Assembly (NCBI GenBank): GCA_963663225.1
Contig: OY760142.1
Span: 160,001-224,000 of the forward strand
Direction: 5' to 3'
DNA length: 64,000 bases
Source of the DNA: Nitrospirota bacterium
GTDB taxonomy: Bacteria > Nitrospirota > UBA9217
Shown here in pieces: positions 39,602 through 49,908 of the stretch. The number at the start of each line of letters is the position of its first letter. Within the stretch, counting starts at the first letter, position 1. The translations under genes were made by a program, and so were the position numbers. Below the pieces are notes generated by a model, which was not told the DNA's origin, made no database searches, and saw only the letters and a list, made by a program, of their open reading frames with translations.

Positions 39602-40825
39602 TTACTTCTTATAGAGCGTGATAATTTCCGTGACAGTCCGAATCACCCGGTCGATATCACTCTCGGTCATTTTCGGATAGATTGGCAGGGAGATTATCCT
39701 CTTGTAGGTTTCGAATGCCACAGGATACTGTTCAGGTTTGTATCCGAAGGTATCCCGGTAATACGGATGGATATGCAACGGAATAAAGTGAACGGAGGTC
39801 CCGATTCCCCGCTGCCTCAGTTCCTCGATGAATCGGTTCCGGTCGATGTTTAGGGTCTCCAGATTCAGTTTGAGCACATACAGATGCCAGCCGTGCTTAT
39901 ATTGCTGGGCACCACCCGTTAACTCCGAAGAATTGCTCCCGTCCATCTCCGGAAGTTCAACTGCCGAAAGCTTCGAAAATGCCTGGCTGTATCTTTCGGC
40001 GATATATTTTCTCCGCTTCCATAATTCATCGGCTTTTTTCAGCTGAACAATGCCCAGAGCAGCCGCTGTATCCGTGAGATTGTACTTATAACCCGGCGCT
40101 ATAATTTCATAATACCAGCTTCCTTCCGCCGTATATCTTTTCCAGGCATCCTTGCTGATTCCGTGCAGGCTCATAATCCTCATCCGATCGGCCCACTCGT
40201 CGTTGTTCGTTGTTATCATTCCGCCTTCACCGGTAGAAATATTTTTTGTTGCGTAAAAGCTAAAGCAGGTAATGTCGCCGATTGTTCCGATAATGTCCTT
40301 GCCATATACTGCAGGAAATGCATGCGCCGCATCCTCAATGACCATCAACCCGAATTTTCTGGCGATGGCCATGATCGCCTCCATGGCACAGGGACGACCG
40401 GCGTAATGAACGGGAATGATGGCTTTCGGCAGAGCAGAGCCGCGCTCAGCGCATGAAGACAGATACGCTTCTATGCCGGCGGGGGCAATGTTCATCGTCA
40501 CCGGGTCAATATCAACAAAAACCGGTACTGCTTTGAAGTAACGGATCACTTCGGCGGTGGCAGCAAACGTCATGGGGGTTGTAAGAACCGAATCGCCCTC
40601 CTTGATGCCGATGGCCTCCAGCGCGAGGTGAAGGGCGGCTGTGCATGAGTTTACCGCGATAGCGTGCTTGCATCCGATGTATTTTGCGAAATCGCTTTCA
40701 AATTGTTTTGTACGAGGACCGGTTGTTATCCACCCGCTTTTAAGGGTATCTACAACAGCCTGAATTTCCTCGTCTCCGATCAACGGAAGTGAGAAAGGAA
40801 GAAAATCATTTTTATTTGCACTCAT
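39602..40825 (-). CDS. DegT/DnrJ/EryC1/StrS sugar aminotransferase
   Basis: SGWITTGP, NSCTAALHL, IEDAAHA and SFYATKN.STGEGG motifs. Confidence 0.93.
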   Translation of the reverse strand: MSANKNDFLPFSLPLIGDEEIQAVVDTLKSGWITTGPRTKQFESDFAKYIGCKHAIAVNSCTAALHLALEAIGIKEGDSVLTTPMTFAATAEVIRYFKAVPVFVDIDPVTMNIAPAGIEAYLSSCAERGSALPKAIIPVHYAGRPCAMEAIMAIARKFGLMVIEDAAHAFPAVYGKDIIGTIGDITCFSFYATKNISTGEGGMITTNNDEWADRMRIMSLHGISKDAWKRYTAEGSWYYEIIAPGYKYNLTDTAAALGIVQLKKADELWKRRKYIAERYSQAFSKLSAVELPEMDGSNSSELTGGAQQYKHGWHLYVLKLNLETLNIDRNRFIEELRQRGIGTSVHFIPLHIHPYYRDTFGYKPEQYPVAFETYKRIISLPIYPKMTESDIDRVIRTVTEIITLYKK

Positions 40826-40842
40826 CTGACGCTCCTTAACAG

Positions 40843-41622
40843 TTATCTGAATTTTCTGCCGCGGCTCAGGAAACGCTTCACATCTTCCCTGTCCGGCCAA
40901 CCGTAGTAATTTCCCTTAGTCATATCGAGCGAACGGGTTGCAACATCGTTCCTGACAATTTTTTCTATGCCTTCAAGCACCATTTCCGCACCAATCTGTT
41001 TGGAATGCCGGATAAAGGAATCCAGGGTGTCATGCTCACGGATTAGGAATTGCCTCTGGACCAGCACATCGCCCGCGTCGATTTTTTCGTTTACAAAAAA
41101 CAGCGTGCTCCCCGCTTCCTTTTCGCCATTTGCAAGGACCCAAAACGACGGCATTACGCCCCGGTAATCAGGCAGCAGCGAACCGTGAAGGTTCAGGCAG
41201 CCTTTCGGTGCCAGCTGGATCAAGTCCTTTTTAAATATCTGCGGACATGATATGGATACGATAAGCTCCGTGTCCCAATCTTTTAAGAGTTGCCGGGTCT
41301 CCGGGCTGTTTACATCAAGAGCCTGCACATAAGGAATACCGTACGCCGCCAGCACCGACTTAAGCGAATAATATTTTCCTGTTTTGCCGCCAAAACGATC
41401 CATCACCTTGTGTGACAGAACCTGAACGGAAAGCATCCCGGCTTCCCAGAAACCGAACGTTTTTGCATAGCGCAACGCAAGCCCCAGCGTTGTTGTTTTT
41501 TTGTAAAGCGGCGGAACAACGATAACTTTAACCTCATGCCGGCCTTTCAGATTTTCAAGAACAAACTGGTAGAATTCCGGCAAATACAGCGGTTCATCCG
41601 GCGTTAAAAAAACAATGCGCAT
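40843..41622 (-). CDS. N10-formyl-THF-dependent formyltransferase family protein
   Basis: CLNLHGSLLPDYRG and IDAGD motifs. Confidence 0.85.
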   Translation of the reverse strand: MRIVFLTPDEPLYLPEFYQFVLENLKGRHEVKVIVVPPLYKKTTTLGLALRYAKTFGFWEAGMLSVQVLSHKVMDRFGGKTGKYYSLKSVLAAYGIPYVQALDVNSPETRQLLKDWDTELIVSISCPQIFKKDLIQLAPKGCLNLHGSLLPDYRGVMPSFWVLANGEKEAGSTLFFVNEKIDAGDVLVQRQFLIREHDTLDSFIRHSKQIGAEMVLEGIEKIVRNDVATRSLDMTKGNYYGWPDREDVKRFLSRGRKFR

Positions 41623-41623
41623 G

Positions 41624-42484
41624 CTATATTCCTGCCTTTTCGCGGTGTTTTTGCAAAATGTCCGTTATTGTCCCGAACCTGCTCAACTGCAGAAGTCCGG
41701 CCACTTTTTCCTCAAATCCGGCACGTCCGATTCCCTGATGCAGTCTGCGAGTGACGGGAACATGCTTCATCATCTCTTGCCATTCCAGCGGGTTAAATTC
41801 ATACGGATGGCAGTAAATAACAAAGGGCATATTTTCTTCTTCAATCCGTTTCAGACATCGCTTCAAAAACCAGGCCGGAAACAAACGAAAATATCCGCCT
41901 CCTCCTATCGGGATACGAAGACCTGCGGGCCGCTTCAACTGGAGGACAGTGACCGGCAGTTCTTCCAGAGGTCCTTCCGGAGTCTCAATCCTGCTGTATC
42001 CCCGTGCAAAACCTTCTATGCCGTAGCGAGGGGTTTTTAAAGGGAAAATGGACGAATCAAATTTAATACCGCACTCAACCATGACATCAAACGCCCAGAA
42101 GTTATCCTTGTCGATAGAAAAATCAGGAGCACGGAATCCGGTTACCGGTTTTCCGATAATGTCTTCAATCAGTTTGCCTGTCTCCGTTAATTCCTGTTTA
42201 AATGCTTTCGGCGTAAGACTGTAGACCGGTCGATGAGAATACCCGTGCGACTGGACTTCATGGCCGTTCGTACAAATCTCTTTGATCAACTCTGGATACT
42301 GTTTCGCAACCATCCCCTGGACGAAAAATGTGCCCTTTACATTCAAACGTTCAAGAAAGCCAAGAACATGCCGTGTGTTCCGGACGCAAAGTTCACTGAT
42401 GGGCGCGTCAAAGTTGTAAGAAGACTGGTACCAGTCTTCAACATCCACAGAAAAGGCGTGAATACTATTGTTTGCCATATTCAT
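41624..42484 (-). CDS. Polysaccharide deacetylase (DUF3473 / exosortase-A-system-associated type)
   Basis: FSVDVEDW, GHEVQSHGYSH, GFRAP, GGGGYFRL and YCHPYEF motifs. Confidence 0.88.
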   Translation of the reverse strand: MNMANNSIHAFSVDVEDWYQSSYNFDAPISELCVRNTRHVLGFLERLNVKGTFFVQGMVAKQYPELIKEICTNGHEVQSHGYSHRPVYSLTPKAFKQELTETGKLIEDIIGKPVTGFRAPDFSIDKDNFWAFDVMVECGIKFDSSIFPLKTPRYGIEGFARGYSRIETPEGPLEELPVTVLQLKRPAGLRIPIGGGGYFRLFPAWFLKRCLKRIEEENMPFVIYCHPYEFNPLEWQEMMKHVPVTRRLHQGIGRAGFEEKVAGLLQLSRFGTITDILQKHREKAGI

Positions 42485-43521
42485 TATCTGCTGAGTGATT
42501 CGAACCAGCTTGATTTGAAATTGAGGAATCGGTTAGCCAACCCAAACAGAAAGCCTGTTCCGAAACCCGTATGAATGCAGAAGATGGAGGCGGCAATGCC
42601 GGACCAAAATTTCATCTCGTGTTTCAGGGCGATTCTCAGGGCTTCCGCTGCAAGTGCAACCAGATAACCGCCTGTGTACAGAAAAAAGCATGCGGCCGCA
42701 TAGTTGCTGAACAGTCCAACACACCCCAGTACGCCGAATCCGGCTACAAGCAGCGCTGGCATGTAATGGCGCCATGAGGCCTGCCGGGGATGCTTTTCCA
42801 ACACAAATACTTTCCAATAACCGTATTGCAAAAACTGTTTGAACAGCTGTTTGAACGTTTTTCTAGGAAAATACTGGATCTTGATTCTGCCTGATTGAAT
42901 GACTTTGCCTCCATTCTTTCTCAAACGGAACGATAACTCATCATCCTGATTCCTGATCATGCGTTCGTCATACAAGCCGACTTCAATGAGGCGGCTTTTT
43001 TTGAAACAGCCGCCGTATACCGCATCGGTCTCGCCGATGAAATCTCCCCGATCACGCAAGGCGCCTCCCATGGCTATGGGACTTTTATATGCAAGCGCAA
43101 TGCTTTGCTGCGTGTAGGTAACGCCTGCCGGCACCAGCACACCACCGGCATTATCGGCACCGGTCTGCTCCATGAGGCCAATCAGTTCCGTTAAATAGTT
43201 TTTCGGATGAACGCACCGTACGTCTGCGCGCACAATATATTCCCCCCGAGCCTGCATGATTCCGAGATTCATGCCGTGTGGAACCGTTTTCTGCGGGTTG
43301 TCCAGAACGGTCAGCCCAGGGTATTTAGTCTGAAGCGTTGTATACATATCCCTGGTTCCATCCGTGCTCATGCCGTCAATGACAATAACTTCAAAACCGT
43401 CGGCTGGTGCGTCAAAACCATAAATGTTATCCAGACAGCTTTCAATATGTCCGGCTTCGTTCCTGCAGGGAATCAGGACTGAAGCTTTCAATTTTTGTCC
43501 GACGCTGTTTTTCATGTTCAT
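42484..43521 (-). CDS. Glycosyltransferase family 2 (ExoA-like)
   Basis: IPCRNE, IDGMSTDGT, RNQDDEL and QFLQYGYW motifs; C-terminal TMs. Confidence 0.9.
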   Translation of the reverse strand: MNMKNSVGQKLKASVLIPCRNEAGHIESCLDNIYGFDAPADGFEVIVIDGMSTDGTRDMYTTLQTKYPGLTVLDNPQKTVPHGMNLGIMQARGEYIVRADVRCVHPKNYLTELIGLMEQTGADNAGGVLVPAGVTYTQQSIALAYKSPIAMGGALRDRGDFIGETDAVYGGCFKKSRLIEVGLYDERMIRNQDDELSFRLRKNGGKVIQSGRIKIQYFPRKTFKQLFKQFLQYGYWKVFVLEKHPRQASWRHYMPALLVAGFGVLGCVGLFSNYAAACFFLYTGGYLVALAAEALRIALKHEMKFWSGIAASIFCIHTGFGTGFLFGLANRFLNFKSSWFESLSR

Positions 43522-43555
43522 AGCCTGTTCATTCGTCCGTGATACAGCTTGCCGC

Positions 43556-44815
43556 TTAATGGAACTCGTATGCTCCCATATCGAAACCAGTTCCTTGAGG
43601 CCGCTTCACGCCGTCTTTATCCGTCATAACATCCGGCAACGCTACACCTTTATTGATCGCTGCGGAATTCTGCTGAAGGTGGAAATTTTCCTGCCGCGGG
43701 TTTATAAACCGCGGATCGCCGGTCACCGGAGACGTATCCGTCAATTTCAGCAGTTTTACCGGCTTGGGCCAGTACAGGTTGTTCGCGATCCTGATAGTCG
43801 AATTTCCTTTTTCGTTTTTTACATGCTGCGTACTCGCTGTCGAGCCGTCAGCGTTCGACAAGTCGAATATATTATTCTGCACGACGACGTTGTTTATATC
43901 CCGTTCGGTTCCATAAATCGACAGCGCCGCCCCTCCATTGCCGAAAATAGTATTATTGAAAATTTTTACGTTTGACACAACACCCGGAACATAGATGCCG
44001 CTGTGGGGATTGTTAAAAAGGATATTGTTTCTGATAATAACGTTTTCAATTCTTGCGTGATCATATGCCGCAAGGATGATTCCCGACCGCTGCAGAGAAT
44101 TGGCGACAATATTCCCTTCTATCACAACATCTTTTATCAGCCGCTCAAAACCCGGCTTGTCGCCACCGCGCCGCTGGTCAAAGACATGAATTCCATAGCC
44201 GCTCATTCCGCGAGCTGTGTTGTTTTTTATTTTAATGTTTGTACCGTGGCTGATATAGTAGCAATGACCCTGGGTTCCTACGCTGCTTGCTTTGATATCG
44301 CAGACATTCCCTTCAAGAAGAATATTATTGCCGCTCACACCGATCGCATCCCATGAATATCCGGCTCCTGAAAAATTATTATTTACCAGCTGTATCGTGG
44401 TACGGTTGATCCCGCCCGCACCGATTGACTTTCCGTTTTTAAAATGCAGCCCTTCAATACGGATATAGTCGCATTCGATGATAAAGGGCCTTTGACTGTT
44501 CACAAAAACAGGCGTCTCGTGCGGATACGCTTTTATCGTCACCAACTTTCCGGGTGCGCCGCAGTGGCCGTATTCCGCCCGAAGCCATACTTCACTTTCC
44601 TGATAGGTTCCGCCGCGAACAAGCACGGTGTCTCCCGGCCGCGCTTTTCGCGCCGCGTATTCCACGCTGCCCCAGGGACTGCTCTGAGACCCGCTGTTTC
44701 TGTCAGATCCGCTTGATGATACATAATAGGTGTCTCCCGCGCCGATTGCGGAGACAGGAATCATGGTCAGAATGAGTATAAAAAGAAAAAAACAATATAA
44801 GACGGGTTTATACAC
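43556..44815 (-). CDS. Secreted parallel beta-helix protein (DUF1565-like N-terminus, choice-of-anchor-Q-like C-terminus); possible polysaccharide lyase or modifier
   Basis: GTG start after AAGGAGG; signal peptide; TYYVS..GSD.N.GS..SPW; PGDTVLVRGGTY; NFHLQQNSAAINKG..DKDGVKRP..DMGAYE. Confidence 0.8.
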   Translation of the reverse strand: MYKPVLYCFFLFILILTMIPVSAIGAGDTYYVSSSGSDRNSGSQSSPWGSVEYAARKARPGDTVLVRGGTYQESEVWLRAEYGHCGAPGKLVTIKAYPHETPVFVNSQRPFIIECDYIRIEGLHFKNGKSIGAGGINRTTIQLVNNNFSGAGYSWDAIGVSGNNILLEGNVCDIKASSVGTQGHCYYISHGTNIKIKNNTARGMSGYGIHVFDQRRGGDKPGFERLIKDVVIEGNIVANSLQRSGIILAAYDHARIENVIIRNNILFNNPHSGIYVPGVVSNVKIFNNTIFGNGGAALSIYGTERDINNVVVQNNIFDLSNADGSTASTQHVKNEKGNSTIRIANNLYWPKPVKLLKLTDTSPVTGDPRFINPRQENFHLQQNSAAINKGVALPDVMTDKDGVKRPQGTGFDMGAYEFH

Positions 44816-46178
44816 GTTTCCTCCTTGGGATCTCAAGCATCGCTTTGCCGGTGACAACAGGAACTGAATTTTCGACCTGAGTGGCTTGCTGTTTCGCAGA
44901 TTTCATTAACAGAATTCCTCTGTCGGTCAGTCCCCAAAAAACCCAAAAATACGTCCCCATTTCATAATAGGAAAAGCGATCGCCAAAAACATTTGTAATA
45001 GCATGCGCTATAGCGCACCCGATAAAACCGAGCCCGAGACCGCGTTGAAATTGGCTTGTGCCGCCTCTGAACAACTTCCAGCCGCTTCTGAGCGCACCCA
45101 AGAAAATGAGCAGCAATAAGAACGTGCCGATAAGGCCTTGCTCGCACAGAGTCTTTAAATAGAAGTTATGCGTGTCGGACCAGTGTTCGCTGATATGCGC
45201 CACGGTAAAGCCTTTGAACCCGCTCCCGAAAATCGGATATTCATGGAACATGTCCATTGCTGAGTTCCAGAGCATCAGACGTGCCGCTGCGGAAGACTCC
45301 AGCTCACCGGTTCCGCTTTCGGTCATCTGTATACGTTCAACGACTGAAGTCGGCAACACGACCTGCCACAGCAGAACAAGAATCACTACCGCGACTAAGA
45401 GACGCCTGTCCTTCAGAAGGCCATAAACCGCCAACACGCTAAAAGCAGCAAGGTATGCTCCTCGGGAAAACGTAAAAAAGAGCGGATGGAGTGAAAAAAT
45501 CAATGCCGCCAGATACAGCCATTTTCTTTTCCGATCCTTGTCCAGAAGGAAAAGGCCCAGAATAAATGAAAAACAATAGGCGATAAACGCGCCGTAGTGG
45601 TTCGAGCCGAGCCCGGCTACCCAGAAAGGACCCGCGTCCCTGCTTTCATCGACAAAAGACGCGCCTGCAGTAAAATTCCTGAAGCTTTTTACAGCGACGT
45701 ACAAGACCACCAGGGTCATGATGACAACCAGTTGTTTCTGTTGTTTTTCGTCCTTGATTGCGCTCACGGTCAGAAAGTAGGTGAAGATCATTACGCAATA
45801 ACTTTTCCAGATCACGAGAACCTGGCTTTCCCGCGTTATGGGTGTGGGAAGGCCGAAATTCAGGCTGACATTCCATACCGAAATATAGCTGACGATAAGG
45901 AAAATCAGCACGATAACGGAATTATCGGATTTTGAAAAACCTTTTTTATTCACGAAAATGCCGATAAATACTGCAATGATCAGCATGTCGATGAAATCCT
46001 TGCCGTACGGAAAGCTATACAGCTTGTGGTACACGTTCGGCTGCGGTATCAGGGCGACTGCCAGATACAGCGCCCATTCCGCTTTTTTTGCGATGCTGAT
46101 AATCGCGGTGATAATTCCGCCGAAATAAAGCGTGTTGACTAATATCCAACTGATGATTGGTCGTAAAAAAGCTATCAT
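44808..46178 (-). CDS. O-antigen ligase / Wzy polymerase family membrane protein
   Basis: Multiple TMs; TFSRGAY; SAAARLMLW; PIFGSG; DTHNFYL..L.EQGLIG. Confidence 0.85.
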   Translation of the reverse strand: MIAFLRPIISWILVNTLYFGGIITAIISIAKKAEWALYLAVALIPQPNVYHKLYSFPYGKDFIDMLIIAVFIGIFVNKKGFSKSDNSVIVLIFLIVSYISVWNVSLNFGLPTPITRESQVLVIWKSYCVMIFTYFLTVSAIKDEKQQKQLVVIMTLVVLYVAVKSFRNFTAGASFVDESRDAGPFWVAGLGSNHYGAFIAYCFSFILGLFLLDKDRKRKWLYLAALIFSLHPLFFTFSRGAYLAAFSVLAVYGLLKDRRLLVAVVILVLLWQVVLPTSVVERIQMTESGTGELESSAAARLMLWNSAMDMFHEYPIFGSGFKGFTVAHISEHWSDTHNFYLKTLCEQGLIGTFLLLLIFLGALRSGWKLFRGGTSQFQRGLGLGFIGCAIAHAITNVFGDRFSYYEMGTYFWVFWGLTDRGILLMKSAKQQATQVENSVPVVTGKAMLEIPRRKRV

Positions 46179-46236
46179 ATATTATGCCTGTTGTTTGCCT
46201 TGAGCATATAGCACCGGTAAATACCGATTGCCGGAA

Positions 46237-47697
46237 TCAAGCCCAGTTTAAACTTCTTTTCAATTTTTCTCTTAGTTCATTTTCTTTATACAACGTTCCG
46301 ATGCAAATAATGATGACTCCTGCAAGGACCTTGACGATAAGGCTTATCCAGACAGTTGCGATGTGGATTTGCAGAACGATAAGGAACATGACGCTTGACA
46401 GAGCGAGGTAATAAATTAATTTATTAAACTCCAGATTGATGCGCAGATATTTCCTCGACTGAAATGCTCCGAGGAATGTCGCGAGCGAACATGCCGTCAA
46501 ATTTGCAATAGCGGCGCCGGTGGTACCGTAGGAGGGAAGCAGCAGTATATTCATGGTAATATTGACGGCAACGGCAAACAGCATAATGCCGAGCATGGTC
46601 ATTGTTCGTTTTGCCAAATAGAGGCCGGCGTTGAACAGGCTCCCCATCGCAAATATCATGTAGCCGACAAGGATAACCGGTGAAAAGAAAGCCGCAGCTG
46701 CGTATTTTTCAGAAGCCAGCGTGATAAACAGGTCTTTGGAAACCGCAATATATCCGAAGCAAATGGGTATAAAAGCTATCAGAAGATAATGCATGCTCTT
46801 CTGTAAAAAAACCTCTGTCTTTTCCTTGCCCTCCTTATTGTAAACCTCCAGATAAATCGGGACAATCGCATAGGATATGGAAAACGTAATAATGTTTGCT
46901 ATATACATGGCAAGATTATATCCAACGGCATACAGGCCGAGCATGGCCTCTCCGTGATAAGCAACAATAAGATAACGGTCGGCATAGGACAATGCCAGAA
47001 AAGCGCATTCGCTGAAGAGCAGCGGAAGTCCGAATTTTATCAATCTTTTTGCGAGGTCGCCGGATACCCTTCCCAACTGTACGGGAAACGTTCTAAAAAA
47101 CCAGGTGAATAAGACAACGCCGGCCACAAACTCAGAGATTACCACACCGATGAAATATCCGTATAATTCATGAACGACGAACAACAAGAGAAAAAGCGAG
47201 AGACCTATGGACAGCGCTTTTTCGCATACATTAAGCGCGTTCATGAAAATTGTCTTGCCTTTAACTCGCATGAAATTCATCGCTATAATGTTTAGCGGGC
47301 GGATAAACAGATAAGCAGCCATAACGCCAAAACAGGTAAGATATGTGGTGTCAATATTGATAAAATGTCTAAGAACGGGAAGAGTCAGCAGATACAGCAC
47401 GACTGTGACGACTGCGAACACAAGGCCTCTGATAAGGACCGTCGTGGAGAATACCGTTAAAGTCTCGGTATCTGAGCTGTTTTCTCCATACAATCTGATA
47501 ATCCCGTCTGACAAGCCGGCTTTGCTGACGGCCACGGCAATAAGCATCGTTGTGGTCACCAATCCCAGAATCCCGTACTGTTCTTTCGTAAGCACCCTTG
47601 TTAATATAGGAAACGAGATGAAACTGAGCAGCTGTGCCATGCCCATACCGGTAATAAAGTGACTGAATTGTGTAAAAAATTTTCTGACAGCTGACAT
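46237..47697 (-). CDS. wzx: Wzx oligosaccharide flippase
   Basis: About 12-14 TMs; PILTRVL..EQYG; DRYLI...GLYAVGY. Confidence 0.88.
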   Translation of the reverse strand: MSAVRKFFTQFSHFITGMGMAQLLSFISFPILTRVLTKEQYGILGLVTTTMLIAVAVSKAGLSDGIIRLYGENSSDTETLTVFSTTVLIRGLVFAVVTVVLYLLTLPVLRHFINIDTTYLTCFGVMAAYLFIRPLNIIAMNFMRVKGKTIFMNALNVCEKALSIGLSLFLLLFVVHELYGYFIGVVISEFVAGVVLFTWFFRTFPVQLGRVSGDLAKRLIKFGLPLLFSECAFLALSYADRYLIVAYHGEAMLGLYAVGYNLAMYIANIITFSISYAIVPIYLEVYNKEGKEKTEVFLQKSMHYLLIAFIPICFGYIAVSKDLFITLASEKYAAAAFFSPVILVGYMIFAMGSLFNAGLYLAKRTMTMLGIMLFAVAVNITMNILLLPSYGTTGAAIANLTACSLATFLGAFQSRKYLRINLEFNKLIYYLALSSVMFLIVLQIHIATVWISLIVKVLAGVIIICIGTLYKENELREKLKRSLNWA

Positions 47698-47752
47698 AAT
47701 AAAATAATGTTTTGCAGAGCCAATCAGGCAATTCTGCGTCGGAAGCCTGTAT

Positions 47753-48790
47753 TTAAAAACCGGTCAACTTTAGTGCAAAGTACCCTTTTGAGAATCCTCC
47801 ATGAAGAGACAAGCTCGAGGCTTCCCACATATTAATCCTTTTTAATGAAAAAGTATCCGAAAGATCATTGACACCTATTTCCGTTGTAACGGCGTATTCA
47901 TATCCTGCTTCCTGAACCGCCTTCTTGAGCGCAGAATCGATATTTCCGCATGGATACGAAAAGCTGTTTACCTGCTGCCGGGTGTTCTCTTCTATAATCT
48001 GTTTTGAATCATACAGTTCATGTTTCAACTGTATTTTGTCTATCATGGTCGGGTTGTCATGACTGCAGGTGTGAGAGCCGAATTGACCATGATCATGCAT
48101 CGACGCGATCTGATTCCAGCTCATTATAGGATTGCTACTTTTTAATTTTTCGTGGTCTGTCTGCAACTTTTCGTGGAGTATTTTGAGAAGTGAATCTACT
48201 TTTTTTGAATCCCACTCATTAACTCTGGCAAAGAAACCAGACGGGTTTTTCTCAAATTCCTCGAACAACATTGCTACTTCAGAGTTTGTCCGCTGTATAA
48301 GTGTCTCTTTGCTGCCCCATTGCTGCATCTGAATAAGGTAATAATACAATTGATCCCACCAGAACGGATTCTCATCTTTGCTACCGATTTTATCGGCAGT
48401 GAGAAAGAATGTCGCGGTCAAATCCAGTTTTTTAAGCACTGGGTAGGCATTCCGATAGTTATCTTCATAACCGTCGTCAAAGGTAATAATCAGCGAGTTG
48501 GAAGGTAACTTATTGCCGGGATAATTTTTTTTTAAATCCTGGAACGAAAGAACAGTATACCATTTCTTAATAAAGCGTAGTTGATTCTCAAAACTCTCTA
48601 CTGTTGTAAACAGATATGGCAGCGACGCGTCAAGTTTACTGAGCGATTGGCCAGTCACCCTGTGATAGGTTATGATGGTAAGCCGATTACCGGCAATATT
48701 GTTCAGAAAACGGACAAAATGAAATAATCCGGTGTATAGATATAGCAAACCAACGGCTCTTCGAACAGTTTGTTTTATTTTAGTAACCAC
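47753..48790 (-). CDS. Polysaccharide deacetylase (CE4, with helical insert)
   Basis: TYHRV, ITFDDGYEDN, GSHTCSH and FSYPCG motifs. Confidence 0.88.
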   Translation of the reverse strand: MVTKIKQTVRRAVGLLYLYTGLFHFVRFLNNIAGNRLTIITYHRVTGQSLSKLDASLPYLFTTVESFENQLRFIKKWYTVLSFQDLKKNYPGNKLPSNSLIITFDDGYEDNYRNAYPVLKKLDLTATFFLTADKIGSKDENPFWWDQLYYYLIQMQQWGSKETLIQRTNSEVAMLFEEFEKNPSGFFARVNEWDSKKVDSLLKILHEKLQTDHEKLKSSNPIMSWNQIASMHDHGQFGSHTCSHDNPTMIDKIQLKHELYDSKQIIEENTRQQVNSFSYPCGNIDSALKKAVQEAGYEYAVTTEIGVNDLSDTFSLKRINMWEASSLSLHGGFSKGYFALKLTGF

Positions 48791-48831
48791 GAATGCTTCC
48801 TTTTCCGTGATAAAACTGAGCGTATGACTAC

Positions 48832-49908
48832 TTAATGATTTCCCCAGGATAACAACATTCTTTTTAATGAGACAAGCATTTTTATCGCATTAAAAGGAAA
48901 CACTGAGCACAAGCGGTAAAACCAGAAGGTGTTATCACAGTACGGATTGTTTATCGATTTAATCACCTTCCAGATTGCTTCCGCTTCATACCGCATGCCT
49001 TTTTTTAGATACTCTTTGTATAAAAGCACAAGCAACCTTTTGTATTCTCTTTCAATCTCTTCTATTGCGGGTCTGTTCGGACTTTGCGATGGGAAATATA
49101 TTTTTTTACAAATATCGATATGATACCGCAATTTTGTAAGATATTCGACCTGCGTAAGACGATTACCGGCATGACTTCTGTTGCCCGCTGTGGCAATATC
49201 CATAAAAATAAGATCACAATCCTGCGTCAAATGGGCCATAAGCCAGTAATCTTCCCATGTCAAATAACCTTCCGAAAATCGAATCTTCTTCTCAAAACAT
49301 TCTCTTTTTGCCAGAAGTGTCCAAGCACTAATATAGTTATTTTTTAATTCTGCAGAAAATAGATTTCCTGCATATATGTCAAAAGAATCGTTATTATAGG
49401 TTATCCCAAAATCCCTAGAGCTGTATTGTTTCGAATATACATCTGACCAAGTGCGAATACTTCCTTTTTCCCCCATACCCACCCAGGTATGCAAACCATT
49501 ATTCGAAATAATCCCCGTCTTATCAAATATGTAAAAATCTGAATGCACCGCTTTATAGGTAGGAAAAGCCCGCAACACGTTAAATTGCAATGACAGCTTA
49601 AATGGCATCCATATATCGTCAGAATCTAAAAAGGCGAGCCATTCGTTCTGCGCCTCCTGGATTCCACGGTTTCTTGCTGCGCCTGCACCGGCATTTTGCT
49701 GGCAAATATATTTTATTTTACTGCCGAAGCCCAGCACAACTTCCCGCGTATTGTCTGTTGATCCATCATCAACAACAATAATTTCAATATCGCAATTGTG
49801 GATATCCTGATCGAGCACGCTTCGGATTGACTCGGCGATTAAACCAGCACGATTAAAAGTAGGAATTATTACAGATACAGACGGGAACTCAGTCATATTA
49901 TTAACCAT
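48832..49908 (-). CDS. Glycosyltransferase family 2
   Basis: VSVIIPTFNR, VVDDGSTD, ARNRG and FLDSDD motifs. Confidence 0.9.
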   Translation of the reverse strand: MVNNMTEFPSVSVIIPTFNRAGLIAESIRSVLDQDIHNCDIEIIVVDDGSTDNTREVVLGFGSKIKYICQQNAGAGAARNRGIQEAQNEWLAFLDSDDIWMPFKLSLQFNVLRAFPTYKAVHSDFYIFDKTGIISNNGLHTWVGMGEKGSIRTWSDVYSKQYSSRDFGITYNNDSFDIYAGNLFSAELKNNYISAWTLLAKRECFEKKIRFSEGYLTWEDYWLMAHLTQDCDLIFMDIATAGNRSHAGNRLTQVEYLTKLRYHIDICKKIYFPSQSPNRPAIEEIEREYKRLLVLLYKEYLKKGMRYEAEAIWKVIKSINNPYCDNTFWFYRLCSVFPFNAIKMLVSLKRMLLSWGNH

